Source: Mytilus californianus
Lineage: Eukaryota
Assembly: GCF_021869535.1 (NCBI RefSeq)
Contig: NW_026262581.1
Location: forward strand, 137,826,001-137,890,000
Length of the DNA: 64,000 bases
Reading direction: 5' to 3'
Shown here piece after piece: positions 1 through 12,445 of the stretch. The position numbers and the translations under genes were made by a program. Every line of letters begins with the position of its first letter. Positions within the stretch are counted from its first letter, which is position 1. The notes below the pieces were generated by a model. The model was not told the origin of the DNA. It worked only from the letters and a program-made list of their open reading frames with translations, and made no database searches.

Positions 1-192
1 ACGCCTAACATGTAGACCCACCCGGTCTCGCTTCTTTTGCCATTCAGTCGGTTTTTGTTTGTTATTTGAATTTGTCTGTTCCTAATCGATTTACTAGATT
101 TGAACATCGGTAAACTACTGTCGCCTTAATTCAGAAAGCGAAATATATGCCAATTTGGCATTCGCTCTTATTATGATAGTGTGTCCAATTAC

Positions 193-3100
193 CAGAAAAG
201 CCTACTCCAATGATTATATTTGACCACTTTGGATGTTTGTCTAATACAAAATCTTCATCAGGTACCATCTGAAATGGAAACTATCATATAATATTTTGGA
301 GTATCACAAAGTTAAATATATCATTATTAGTTATCTGACATGAAAATGACATTCTATTCCATGATTTCAGTTCAATCCAAATGAACATTAAACACCCTAT
401 ATGGTTTTTATAACATTTATAACGTGGTTTCAGAGTAAAAAATTGTTAAATGACAACAAGAAGGAAATAAAGAAGAAACACGTCACCAGTACTTTGGGTA
501 TAAGGTTTTTTTTTTCTTTTTTAACCTATTACCGTGTATATGCATGGTTCCACTATGCTTGGTTCTGAATGGAGATTAGGAAAATGGTCAGCAACATATT
601 TCTTGATTTTGGATATAACCCATTGATCATTTACAAAATCTCTGTCGTTTGGGTCGACATCTGGACCCCATCCCAAACACATCTGAAAGAGAATGAAACA
701 ATGTTTATAGTAACCATACTTTACATGAGTGACTCTATACAAACAGAACTGCTATGCGCTGTATAGTGAAGTGTTTAAAATTGTCAATCTAGGAACGAGG
801 CTAATACTTATTTCTTATAGTAGACTTCTTTTGAAAGGATGAACCCTGACGCCAGACGAGGGCAGTGCGTTGAAATAATTTGAATAATAATTATTAAGTA
901 TTTTCATACCCATGGAGATAGAGTTTACTCTTCGAAGCTCCTAAGTTTTGTATGAGGATTATGTTGCTAACACGTTGGTTGTATATGTATTGTTTTGTCT
1001 GACGATAACTGCTTACATATTTCCTTACCTTTTTTCAAAATTGCAGATCTTAATTTTACGATAAATCTGAGGTTTCAAGATAACAATTCAAAGATTCACT
1101 ATACTACAATCATTTTATATTCTCCTATTTGATGATTACCTTGACATAACCAGGATATTCCATACTAGGTAAACCGTATACACTGTATTTTCCATCAATA
1201 GCTTCACTCTCATAAAACGTTGGGAATTTGCCTAATCCGTATTCTCCTGGATTTTTCTCTTTCCAGTAACATACGTTTATTCTTATTGGCTGTAAAACAA
1301 TTTCTAAAGATTATGGACAACAAATCATTTCGTTTTAGAAATTTTGAAATGCTTCTTTTAAAATGAAGAACGAAAGACTTTCAATTTAGATTCATGTTGA
1401 TTTTAATAGAAAAACAAAGGATATGGCGTATCCATTCATGACACAAAACCAGTACATGCACAGCAAAAAAACACACAAAAAGCAAAGGAACCGCGCTTTT
1501 ATTGCTGTTCTTCATCTCAAAGTCACAGTGAGGCCTTCAACATTTTGTTTGAATATATTTTAATCCATTCGTAATGAATATTTGCCTCTAACATCATAAA
1601 CTTACATTAGATAACCGGTTCTCTGAAAGTTTTTTAATCGCCTTAAACCTCTTCTAAATACGTTTTGCGCATTACCACATTAGAAATCAGTCTATGCTTA
1701 TGTGACGTGCAAGGTTAAGTAACTCCTGCTTACAAGTGGTACCCTCATGACAATGATAACTTTGATTAAGAAGAACGGGATTATGTATTAGATAAATGAA
1801 ACACATTTGTTTCATAAAAAAGAATGGCCAACGTAGATACAAGTATCTTGTTTTAGGGAGGGATAAATCCTACTTTGTTATAAATCACTCTGATTCAAAC
1901 AAAAAATTCTCTGAAACTGACATAATCAAGATACTTGGACGTGTTTTTCAACAAACAATCGGCATTCCCATGGGAGTCATATGTGTTTCTCTTCTTGCCG
2001 ACTTGTTCCTTTATTTTTATGAGGCTGACTTCATACAGGCACTCTTTAGGAAGAAAGAAAAGAAGTTAGCAGTATCTTTTAACTTTACTTTCCGCTATAT
2101 AGATGATGTTCTCTCACACATTTTGGTGACTATGTTGAACGCATCTATCCCATCGAACTTGAGATAAAGGATACAACAAATACAGTTAAGTCTGCCTCAT
2201 ATCATACATCTAGAAATTGACAATGAGGGTCGGTTGAAAACAAAATTTTACAACAAAAGAGATGATTTCAGCTTCACAATTGTGAATTTTCCATTTCTAT
2301 GTAATAACATTCCAGCAGCGCCTGCATACGGAGTATATATCTCCCAGTTGATACGATATTCTAGGGCTTGTATTTCCTATCATGATTTCCTTGATAGAGG
2401 GTTGCTGCTCACAAGGAAGCTATTAAACCAAGAGTTCCAAGTGATGAAGCTGAAATCATCCCTTCGTTAAATTTACGGACGCCATCACGAAGTTAGTTGA
2501 CCGTTATGGAATATCCGTTTCACAGATGATAATGGATATGTTCCAATTGTCGTTACTACAATCCAGTCCCCTTTTCCCTGAATGTGACCTACCGAATTAG
2601 ACTTGAAACCGGGTTTGTACTAACATGAACAGCACGACGGGTGCCACATATGGTGCAGGATCTGCTTACTCTTCCGGAGCACTCGAGATCACCCCCAGTT
2701 TTTGGTGGGGTTCATGTTGCTCTGTCTTTAGCTTTCTATGTTGAGTGTTGTGTACAATTGTTTGTCTGTTTGTCTGTTTGTCTGTTGGTCTTTTTCTTTT
2801 ATAGCCATGGCGTTGTCAGTTTATTTTCGACTTATTAGTTTGAATGTCCCTTTGGTATTTTTCGCTATTTAACCAATATTTTCCTTGTAAAAAACCAGTC
2901 CTATGCCAAGGAAATCTTGATAGGAAAAAGGTCTGAAAGGGGTGTACCAACTGGGAGTGCAGATACCACTTAAAACTTGAATGTTGCTGCATTAACTGAT
3001 CGATTCGAAAGCATCAAAACATGTATTCATTGTTTTAGTTCAATGGGTATATGCCAAAAATTAAAGTAGTGCGTTAATGTCCAATAAATTATTATTACGG

Positions 3101-6100
3101 AACTTATAAATAGACCCCGCACAAAAATTACTATAAATAATACTGATGTCATAGTACATGTCAAGACATTAAGCAACTTAGAACCAGGAGTCTGAGCAGG
3201 TAATAACTCCCTAAACATGTTTCCAATGAAGTAATTTCTTTACTCTTTTCTCTAAAAAGAAATCCTAACCTTCAATGGTATGTGTATCCCTAACGTTGGT
3301 AAGAGTTGTTTTGCCCATGGTCCGACAGTTAAGATAATACTTTTACATGTATACTGTCCTTTCGTCGTCTGTACAGTTATCACTGACCCAGGGATAATAT
3401 TAGTTAGTGCTTCGTTGTCCTTCAATATGCCACCATTTTGTCTGAATATATCCTGTATGAAATGTGAAAGGTACACAATTTGTGCAATTTAAAATTTCTA
3501 TGATCTATATAATCATTATTATTTATAAATCAACTCAAAATTTCGAATTATAAATATAGAAAAACTTATTTTCTGGTCAACTGCATTAATAGGTTAGTAC
3601 AGGTAATATTAGTATTTTTACATATAATTATATCAATATGTATTTTTATATCTGTATTTCATGCATTGTACTTTGTTGTTCCATTTCATGATATCTCAGT
3701 GCTTTATTAGTCTTATTTGTTCCCTTTTTGTTTTTGTTTTTCTTAAGTGTCTGCTGATGTGCTTTCTTATTTTGTATTTTCCTTATCATTTTCTCATAAG
3801 CATACCTGAAAAGCTCGTAGCCCCTTATCAGCTAAGAGTATCCCAGCACATGTATCTAGAACAAACACATAATTCGTTGGAAATGTCATCCTAGGATATT
3901 TGTTCCCTATATCATTTTGGTTTGTAACTTCTACTGGTATTCCGTTTGTCTTTGAGAATTCTATAGTCCCATTTATAAATGTATTGTCTCTTGGACCAGT
4001 GCACAACATTCCAGTCTCACTTTAAAACACAAATAATTCATGTAAGAATTATATTAACGTAGTATTTCCTTTCATTTGGATCTAAAAAAAATTACTTTAC
4101 TTAAATTTAAAAGGCCGCAATTAAAATTGACTTGCTAAAGATGAATTATAAAGATGCTGATTATATCATAAATTCGATAGGCAAAATCTTAAATTCCGCT
4201 GAAGTATTTATATGTTATTTCTTATACTTGTAAGTGACATGAATTTGAATAAAGATATATAATGTTTACGTCAATGAGACAGCTACCCAGCAGCACAAAA
4301 GACGTGTTGCAATATTGAAACATATTCTTTAAATAATTTTTAACACGTACTGATACAGTGTAGTGTTAGTTTCTTTTTCCAGAAGATTCCAGGAGTTATA
4401 AGCCTCCTCCATCATAATGGCATAGTGTTTATACACGCCATAAGCTTTCCTTGTGATTCGGGTCTGGCCATGTGAACTTCCACGATTATGTGGAATAGGA
4501 AACTGTAACAAAATTATAAAATTTTCAATTAATATCAATCATTAATGTTTTACAGCTAAAATGACAAAATGAACAGAAAAAAATCGAAGGATTACATAAA
4601 GCCTTCAACAATAGACAGATGCGTATACAGAATGCCAAGCCCAAAATTAACACGAGTATATAAAAGTGAATTAATTAAACAGAAACTATCACAGATCTGC
4701 CATCAACACTTTATTCTTCAAATAAAAGTAATATTAACAAAAACATTAATAAAAGAAATAGATAAAAACTGACGAAATTCTTCGCTTGAGACAAGCCCGT
4801 ACATTTTTATGTGTGTGCAAGGACGTCTAGGAGTTAAACGTTGGGAAGCCAAAGATGTATAATTGCACGGGAGGCTGTATATCTAGATCTGAAAAAAGAT
4901 GATACGAGACTACTAATAGCTCTCTTTTTTATTTATTATGAATAACTGAGATAAGGGGTATACGTTGATATACCAACAGCCGCATTACATATAAACTAAA
5001 CCCATTTTTTTATCTACTGCAATGACTTCATGGGGAACTGTTCACATGCCTGTGGGTAGTGAGTGATGAAAGAATGCCAAAAAGACATGTATTTTTCATC
5101 AATAAGAAAACAAGTTATAAATAATTGAAGACGGGACGTATTGTCGGTTTACATTGTACGTTTAAAGATTTAAAATTTGTGGTTTTTTTCGTATTTGTTA
5201 TTCAATGAAAATTTTTCTTTATATTCCCTACAAAATAAACAGAAAATCGAAATATAGCATATGATTTTTTAAGAAATATTGCCGTTTATAAATTTTGAAA
5301 TTATAAAGAAACTAAGGTTTCAACTCCCTTAGGCAAAGTTGACCTCCGATCGATTTGGCTATTTTGTTAGGTCCTTTTTTGGTTATATACCTCTTCAACT
5401 GTTTCGGTTCTTATACATTCTTGGCTTTCGAATATTCGGCTGTGAGCGTTCCTGATGAAGGTAAATCCAAAAAAGCGCTTCGGAGGCATGAAATTAATAA
5501 CGTGTTGTTTTCATTTTTCCCCATAGAAATCATCTCCCTTGAGCAGCTATTTTTATCTAACGGCTATTATATTCGCAAGCTTTCTATAGTAGCGAGTACG
5601 GTTTGACCCTGCTTTCTATTGAAATATCAGCCGTCTTTTACTGACTTTTCGATATATTGTCAGGATAGACAGCGGGGAGGGGTGCAGACTTAAAACTGCT
5701 TTAAATCCAACAATATTGTGTCTGTCTCACGTCAGGCTATCTGGACCATATGTTGTTTGTTGTTGTTTTCTTGTGTGTACGTCTCCTTTTTTCAGAGGTT
5801 TTTGGTTGTGTCGTATGTTGTTCTGTCCAAATACGTTTGATGATTCCTGTTATCCTTTTGGAGTTTTTTGTAAAATTTAATGTTTTGTGTAATAAGTGTA
5901 CATAATTCTGCAAAACCTTACAATTGACATTCCATTTTGGTTTCTTAAAGTTTTGATTTGTAAAAGTTAAATAATTGAGATTTTGTAGCGCAAATCTGGG
6001 AACAGTATATCTAACGTTAATATATATGTTCCTGTGCAAATATAGGACATTTTGAAATAAAAAAAAAAAACAACACTTTATGCAATATAAGATATATAAT

Positions 6101-7102
6101 TTTAAACTTTACCCTTCTCAGTTATGATTATCAACTAAATTGTACTTCAGAACATATAATGATTTGGAAAATGAGTTTTAAGAAATCTATAACGACTAAA
6201 TGCACCAACATCCGTCAAACGAAACCGTTGTAACAAGTTATACCGTTCTTGATTTTTTTTTAAATTCGTGATTAAGAATATAGTAAATTTTCATGAATTG
6301 TAAAAATGTGTGATAACGAATAAAAATCGTACTAAAGATTGCCAAAGTTTGTGATAAGTAAATCTTCATATTCTTTATCACGAATACTTATCTTATTAAA
6401 TTCTAATCCTTTTTGCATTTTAATCCGTGATCACTATTTTATAATTTCTTGATATCAAATTCAAACAATATATTTGGAAAGAGAGGCGAAAGATACCAAA
6501 GGGACATTGAAACATATAAGTCGAAAACAAACTGACAATGCCATGGCAAAAAACGAAAAACGGCCAAAAGATAAACAACAATGCACACTACACAACATAG
6601 AAAACTAAAGACTGAACACGGAACCCACAAAGGAGTTTCTAAATGGGCTTATGTGATATGTTTGATCTCATTCGTTATCTGTACATGAAAAGTAACAAAA
6701 ATACCGAACTCCAAGGGATTACTGTTTTTAAGATCTTTCATTTGTTTATTTTTTGCAGATGTTTTTTTTTTTTCCGAAATACGTGCCCTTTTTTATACAT
6801 ATTTTACCTACATGTCCCAGACGGTCTCCGGTCAATATACTGTAGCACGCTAATATATAGTGTGTGTGCCATAGAGTGCTCCAATCTCCCGTAAAAATGG
6901 ATCTTGGTTAGTTTGTGTTTTTGTTGGTTTTTTTGTCACTATTTATTGACGTTCATCCCGCATCTACGTTTATTGATATTTATTTAATTACCTGTTCCAG
7001 TAGTAATGTAGATTTACCTTTCTTGGCTAACTGGTATGAGGTTGCTGACCCTTCTATTCCAGCACCGACAACAATAACATCGTAATTATAGTCGCTGTTC
7101 AT
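193..7102 (-). CDS. PIPOX: Peroxisomal sarcosine oxidase / L-pipecolate oxidase-like, paralog A (7 of 8 exons; last exon off the left edge)
   Basis: Exons 6992-7102, 4351-4502, 3806-4019, 3270-3452, 1140-1289, 533-682, 193-268, all GT-AG and phase-compatible. Motifs: [11 protein letters not shown] (FAD GxGxxG), [51 protein letters not shown] (covalent-FAD Cys), [23 protein letters not shown]. Confidence 0.93.
1795..2870 (+). mobile_element. Decayed 5'-truncated Penelope-like (Naiad-type) retroelement in PIPOX-A intron 4
   Basis: RT motifs [64 protein letters not shown] with internal deletions and frameshifts (ORFs 1796-2167, 2234-2470). The 3' UTR module (2581-2870) recurs alone elsewhere in the window. 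Confidence 0.85.
5290..5510 (+). mobile_element. Penelope pseudo-LTR-like fragment with a degenerate type I hammerhead motif (5446-5487)
   Basis: GCGTTC-CTGATGA-AGGTAAATCCA-(A)AAA-AGCGCT-TC-GGAGGC: stem I, core and palindromic stem III are recognisable, but G12 is replaced by A. Confidence 0.5.
6476..6631 (-). mobile_element. Isolated 3'-terminal fragment of the Naiad-type element seen at 1795-2870
   Basis: Reverse complement matches 2710-2870 (GCCATGGCRTTGTCAGTTT...TGTCCCTTTGGTAT..TTCGC). Confidence 0.7.
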
Positions 7103-7473
7103 TTTAGTGTTCCATAAAATATATTGACATACAAGTACAGAATTAATACGTGTTTACGTACACCCGAATTCTCACAGGTTGTACACTACATATAAACGAG
7201 ATAAACATTTTTGTATTACCACAGATGCATTACTGCCTGTACAGTTTTATCTTCCGGTAATCAGTTAACAAGTAATAGCTTTTCTAAAAAGCTTGTCGTA
7301 TTTTAGCTGATTATATTGAGATCGGTGGTTTGTGGGTATAGGTATTTTATTGGAATCTTGCACTCCAAGCAATATGAATATATAGTGTTTTTATTTCTCC
7401 TGGATTTTGTTTTTAGTTGTAGTATTGGTGGATCAGGGTTATGATGGAAGGAGGCTTTTACAGTCACATATGA

Positions 7474-8212
7474 TATAATCCAGACCTCCCTCTCAGTCGA
7501 CATTTGAGATCCCCTGGACACACTAAGGCAGATCTCAATCGACTGACCATTACAGTCATAGACCACAACACTGCTTGGTCTAGGGAGGATAAACTCACTT
7601 GGGAAAGATTTTGGATAAGAAAATTTAAAACTTTGGCACCAAATGGGATAAATGAAAAGATGTAGTTCGAATTCGCGCAGTGCTTTACATTTGGGTTATA
7701 TTATTATTACTACACAGTATCTGTTTCTATTTCTTTACCTTTGTCAACTCCTTAATTTTTTGTAATTATACCAGTTTAAATTTGCTTGGTTCTATTTATT
7801 TTGGATGTTTAAATACACAGCCTCTGCTGTAACTACTCTACTGTTGTCAAATTTGAAATATTATACCCGCGTAGATCAGGCAGTGCTGTTTATTGGAAAT
7901 GTATTTCCACACTATCGTTATTGTAACATCTTAACTGTCGTCACCTGTGAAATTTTAGAATTGTACCAATTCATATCACACATTACTATTTTTATTTGAA
8001 GCATATCTTTGCAGTCTCTGTTGTAAATAGCTATATAACCTAAGTCATTTTTGAAATTTTAGAATTGTACAAGTGTCTCTATTATGTTCGGTTTTAACTG
8101 TTTTATTGTATAAATTTCAAGATTGTTATAGTTTAATCAGAATAGATTCATATGATTCATTTTACATCATAATCATACAGATGAAGGATATCTGTTATCC
8201 GAAATATTTATA
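7474..8212 (+). mobile_element. 3' fragment of a Penelope retroelement (C-terminal part of GIY-YIG endonuclease plus 3' region with hammerhead remnant)
   Basis: Frame 7474-7665 reads YNPDLPLSRHLRSPGHTKADLNRLTITVIDHNTAWSREDKLTWERFWIRKFKTLAPNGINEKM*, matching the PLE endonuclease tail (H..H...E..WI....T..P.G.N). CAGATGA-AGGATA-TCTGT-TATCC-GAAA at 8178-8204. Confidence 0.7.
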
Positions 8213-9606
8213 GATAATTACATTTAATGTTTCCTTTTATTGTTCTTCCCTGGCCGGGATTCGAACTCATGCATATATATATATATAATAGCTAGAGTAG
8301 CAATACAAACACTTTTCCTTTGTTTTGAGAAATATGATTGTTTACTGTTTATGACAGTGCAAGTAGTTTTAAAATGCATACTGTGTCTTGACAGTTATGT
8401 AATAGTTTGTGAGGTTATAATCAACTTGATAAGAAAAACGTATTATTTACTTTTGAGGATTACTGCTTGACAAAATGGACTACTACAGTAGGCCGTTCAA
8501 ATATGAGAATATTACATCTTATATGTATAGAAGTGATGAATATCTTTTCTGGTTTTTGTCTTACTTAAAAGAAGCAATTAGTTTTGACGGTACAGGTTAA
8601 GTGTTGTTATTACTCATTTACAGATGTAGTAATACTGTAAGATGTTTTGTGTAAATGGATTTGGAATGAAATATTAATTGCAAATCATTTTCTAGAACAT
8701 GTTGTCAGCTGGCTTCTTATATCTTTTAATATATTACGTTGTGGTTTGTAATCTTGACAATTTTTGTGTAAGTTCTATAGATGAGAGCTTCATATTGGTA
8801 TAAGCATTTAGTGCTTTATATTTGGTTGCATGTGTAAGCACATGCTTTTGTTATTTGGAATATTTATATTTTCATTTCTGATGGCAACCAGTTCATGTAA
8901 TACATATAGTCAGGATTATTGGTAAGCGATAGTTGTTAGTTTTATTTGTTTATGTTTATTGTCATGATTGATATGGACTATATAGCTTGCTGTTTGATGT
9001 GAGCCAAGGCTCCGTGTTGAAGACCGTACTTCGACCTATAATGGTTAACTTTTACAAATTGTGACTTGGATGGAGAGTTGTCTTTGGTACTGATATGACA
9101 TCCTGTTATATCTATCTACAAGATTGAGAACACATTTGTTTGTAATAAAACATATTTAATTCTATAATATCATATATAATAATTTATTGGTAATTTGTGC
9201 ATTTTTCCTTTGATGTGTACTCTCTGATAATGTCAGTATCAGTTGACTGGACGTGATAGAAAAATTATTGGGTCAGTTCGCAATTGACATGCGTTGGTAC
9301 ACCGCGTACGGATCTTCATTCCCCTTTGTTGTTGTTGTGATAGAGGTTACTGACATAAAAAAAATTACTGAGAGAGAATAAATGAAAACTGCTTCAAATA
9401 TAGTCAAATTGGATTTAAATGAACGTTTTGTTTTCATTATTTAATAACAACGGCTACATCAGGGATAAAGATATCAAGAATTGGCCATGGTTCTACCTTA
9501 AAAGTTGAAATTCGAATCCAGCATTTAACAGTGGTATCAATTATACTGTTCAGCTGTACCAATGTTTTTATTACGTTTTGGATTTTTCAAATATTTCAAC
9601 CTCCAG

Positions 9607-9650
9607 CATCACTGAATTAAGACATTAATTGTCGAAATAGGCATCTGGTG
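9607..9650 (+). ncRNA. Degenerate minimal type I hammerhead motif (same family as 34477-34518)
   Basis: CATCA-CTGAATTAA-GAC-ATTAATT-GTC-GAAA-TAGGCA-TC-TGGTG; core disrupted. Confidence 0.5.
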
Positions 9651-12445
9651 CATACAAATGGGTACTGTTAATGTTATTATAAAGCTTTTTTTTTTGACAT
9701 TTTGCTATCCCACTGATAGAAAGTAAATGGAAGAGAGGGTTGAGATCCAACAATAATTGGTTAAAATCCGTCTCATAATAATGTGTCTGTTCCACGTTAG
9801 AAACTTCGTCAGCAGTTGTCTTGTGTCTTACTTGTATATAGTGATGTTTTTCGTTATTTTTGTATTTGGTGTTAAAGGCAGATCTTTTTCGGTTGCTTTT
9901 TTATACATTCACAACTTTGATAGACTGTAATAGATTAAGAACTTGGTATATTGCATAAACATGTGTTTGATGAGCAGATAATATGATACTCTTCAAAGGT
10001 TCTTTTTTCTCTTTTTGTTATTGAGCTTCTGACGTACTATACTATGTCTAGTTTTGAAGACTGGTCTTTGTTTTTACCTTGTTTTTTTGGTTTTTGCTAT
10101 GGTTCGGACAGTCTCATTTCCAATAAGGCGTTTTAATTGTTCCTTTTGTTTCTTTCTCCTTTTTTGTCTTCATTTTTCTTCTTATTCAATAATTTTAAAT
10201 TAAAATGGAACAACATAAATCTGCCATCAATGTCAGATCCTTAAACAAAAAAAAAACCACTTAGATACAAGACGAGATTTCTACTTTTGGAGGGGCAAGC
10301 TATAACATTTTGTGCGGCAAAACTGCTTTTCTTTCCAGAGCCTTATTTTTCTAATAAACAATACAGGGAAATTTAATAAAAGTTAAAAAAAAACATTACT
10401 GAAGTATCGATATGATAATAGCCTTTAACACAAATGCAGAAGACATAGCCAATACTTAAATATTCAATATCAAAACAAGCTCACAATCACTGGAAACAAG
10501 TAGCTTAATCTGGTAGTAAAGAAACCATGACAAAAATAATAGAATTGAGAATGGACACGGGGAATGTGTCAAAGAGACAACAACCCGACCAAAGAGCAGA
10601 AATAGCCCAAGACCAGCAATGGGTCTTCAACGCAGCGATAGAATCCCCACCGGGAGTCGGCACATAAACAATAATGTATACTAGTTCAGAGAAATGGACG
10701 CCACACTAAACTCCGAAACATATACATGAACCAAAATTTTATAAAACACAAAAGACTAACAAAGGCTAGAGGTTCCTGACTTGGGACAGGCGTTTCTTAA
10801 GCATTTCTTGTCTGCTATTAACACTTGCTTGATTTAAAATGATATTGCATTAAAATACTTTTGTGTGTGAAATATCACTTTTTGTTTTTAGTTTCCGCAA
10901 AGCAAATCATTCTTCAACAATATAGTATAATATGACTGCTACATTGAGTAAATATTTTCACCCATTCAAAACATTTGTATTCTGAATCTTAAAGTTAATG
11001 GGTTTGAATGTCCCTTTTGTATCTTTCGCCTCTCCTTCTGAAAATATCTATAAAAAAGAATGAGAGAATATCAAGGGGACAATGAAAATCATAAGTCCAA
11101 TAAAAACAACACCATGACCAAGAAGAAAAACGACGAAAAAATCAAGACAACCAACAATAACAAAACACTAAATAGCGAACTGTATATTAAGCAACACTAA
11201 CCACGCCAAAAACCAGCTCCACTAGTGGCACCATATAGTGATATTTGTTGGGTTTAGCAAAAAACAGCAAAAAGATGGATCAAATTTACTGGGAATACAA
11301 TTGAATGAATCAATAAAATCTGTATAGCACAAGCAAATATAATGATATAGCACACAAAAGTACAGTAAACACTTATGTGCATACAAACCCATCAAAGATA
11401 TACCAGGCTTATAAGTTAGTACGCCAGACGTTCAATGTTACAGAGTTTAAATTACTTGTCTCAATAAAGTAAAGAGCGAAAATATACTGAAAACTATCCG
11501 GATGTAAAGATATCTTGTGAAGTATTGTATGTAAGAAGTTGAAACATGTTTTACAATACAATGAAATTAAGCTTTTGTTTTGGCTGTTAGGTAGGGAATT
11601 TTTGTTCTTTTTGTTCGCCAACGTTTTATATTTTTGACTTTCCAAACTAATGATTACGACTATATTTGAAGAATGAAATGTAAGAAACATGTAGTGTGTG
11701 TTTACGGAAATCATACTTTTACGTTATATATTCATATTCATATTGCAAATCGACCAGTAGTAATGATTTTGTCGTATATGACACTAGACTATGGTTTCTA
11801 CAAAGGAAGAGGGGTAAAATGTTACATTTATTCATGAACGGAAGAAGGTAGTCAACTTTATAATGTATATCATTTATTATTGCAACAAAAATGGAATTAA
11901 GTATTGCATTTGAGATATATACATATATCTGTTAATGCTTTGCTAAAACATATTATTTTTTCTTTCGTCCGAATAAAAAGAATGAAATTCTATGGACTTT
12001 ACAAGGAACCAAGATCCAAATTGAATGTAGGTGTGCTACTCGTTATAACCTTTAATTCTATATCTTATATATCAAATACAACACATTATAATTATAATCA
12101 TCAGAATTGCAAATACAAATGCTCATTCAATTATGCATGAATAAATGTATCTCTTCTTTAGGCTATGGCGAGAGTAGATGGTCAAAATGATGACCGCACG
12201 GGTTTTAAGTGCAAACAAATGGTCACGTCATGAATATTCCTGAACGGACAACGAACTAAATTTTATTTAATACGGTACTTGGATATACAGTTATACATGA
12301 TCTTTTAATTGCTGTGGTATGTTAAACAATATAGTTTAATATACAATAGTATGTGACATTTTAATAACACATTTTTTCTTGATATATAATATACAACAAG
12401 TGCAATACTGATTAGTTTGAGTGAAGGTACACAAGTGGTCTAAAT

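Noticed and set aside
836-880. ATGAACCCTGACGCCAGACGAGGG hairpin as a SECIS
   Set aside because: Lacks AA at 11-12 nt and a proper GA quartet partner, and is antisense within a PIPOX-A intron.
7471-7473. TGA before the Penelope endonuclease fragment as Sec
   Set aside because: Best explained by CGA-to-TGA decay; no SECIS pattern found in the following region.
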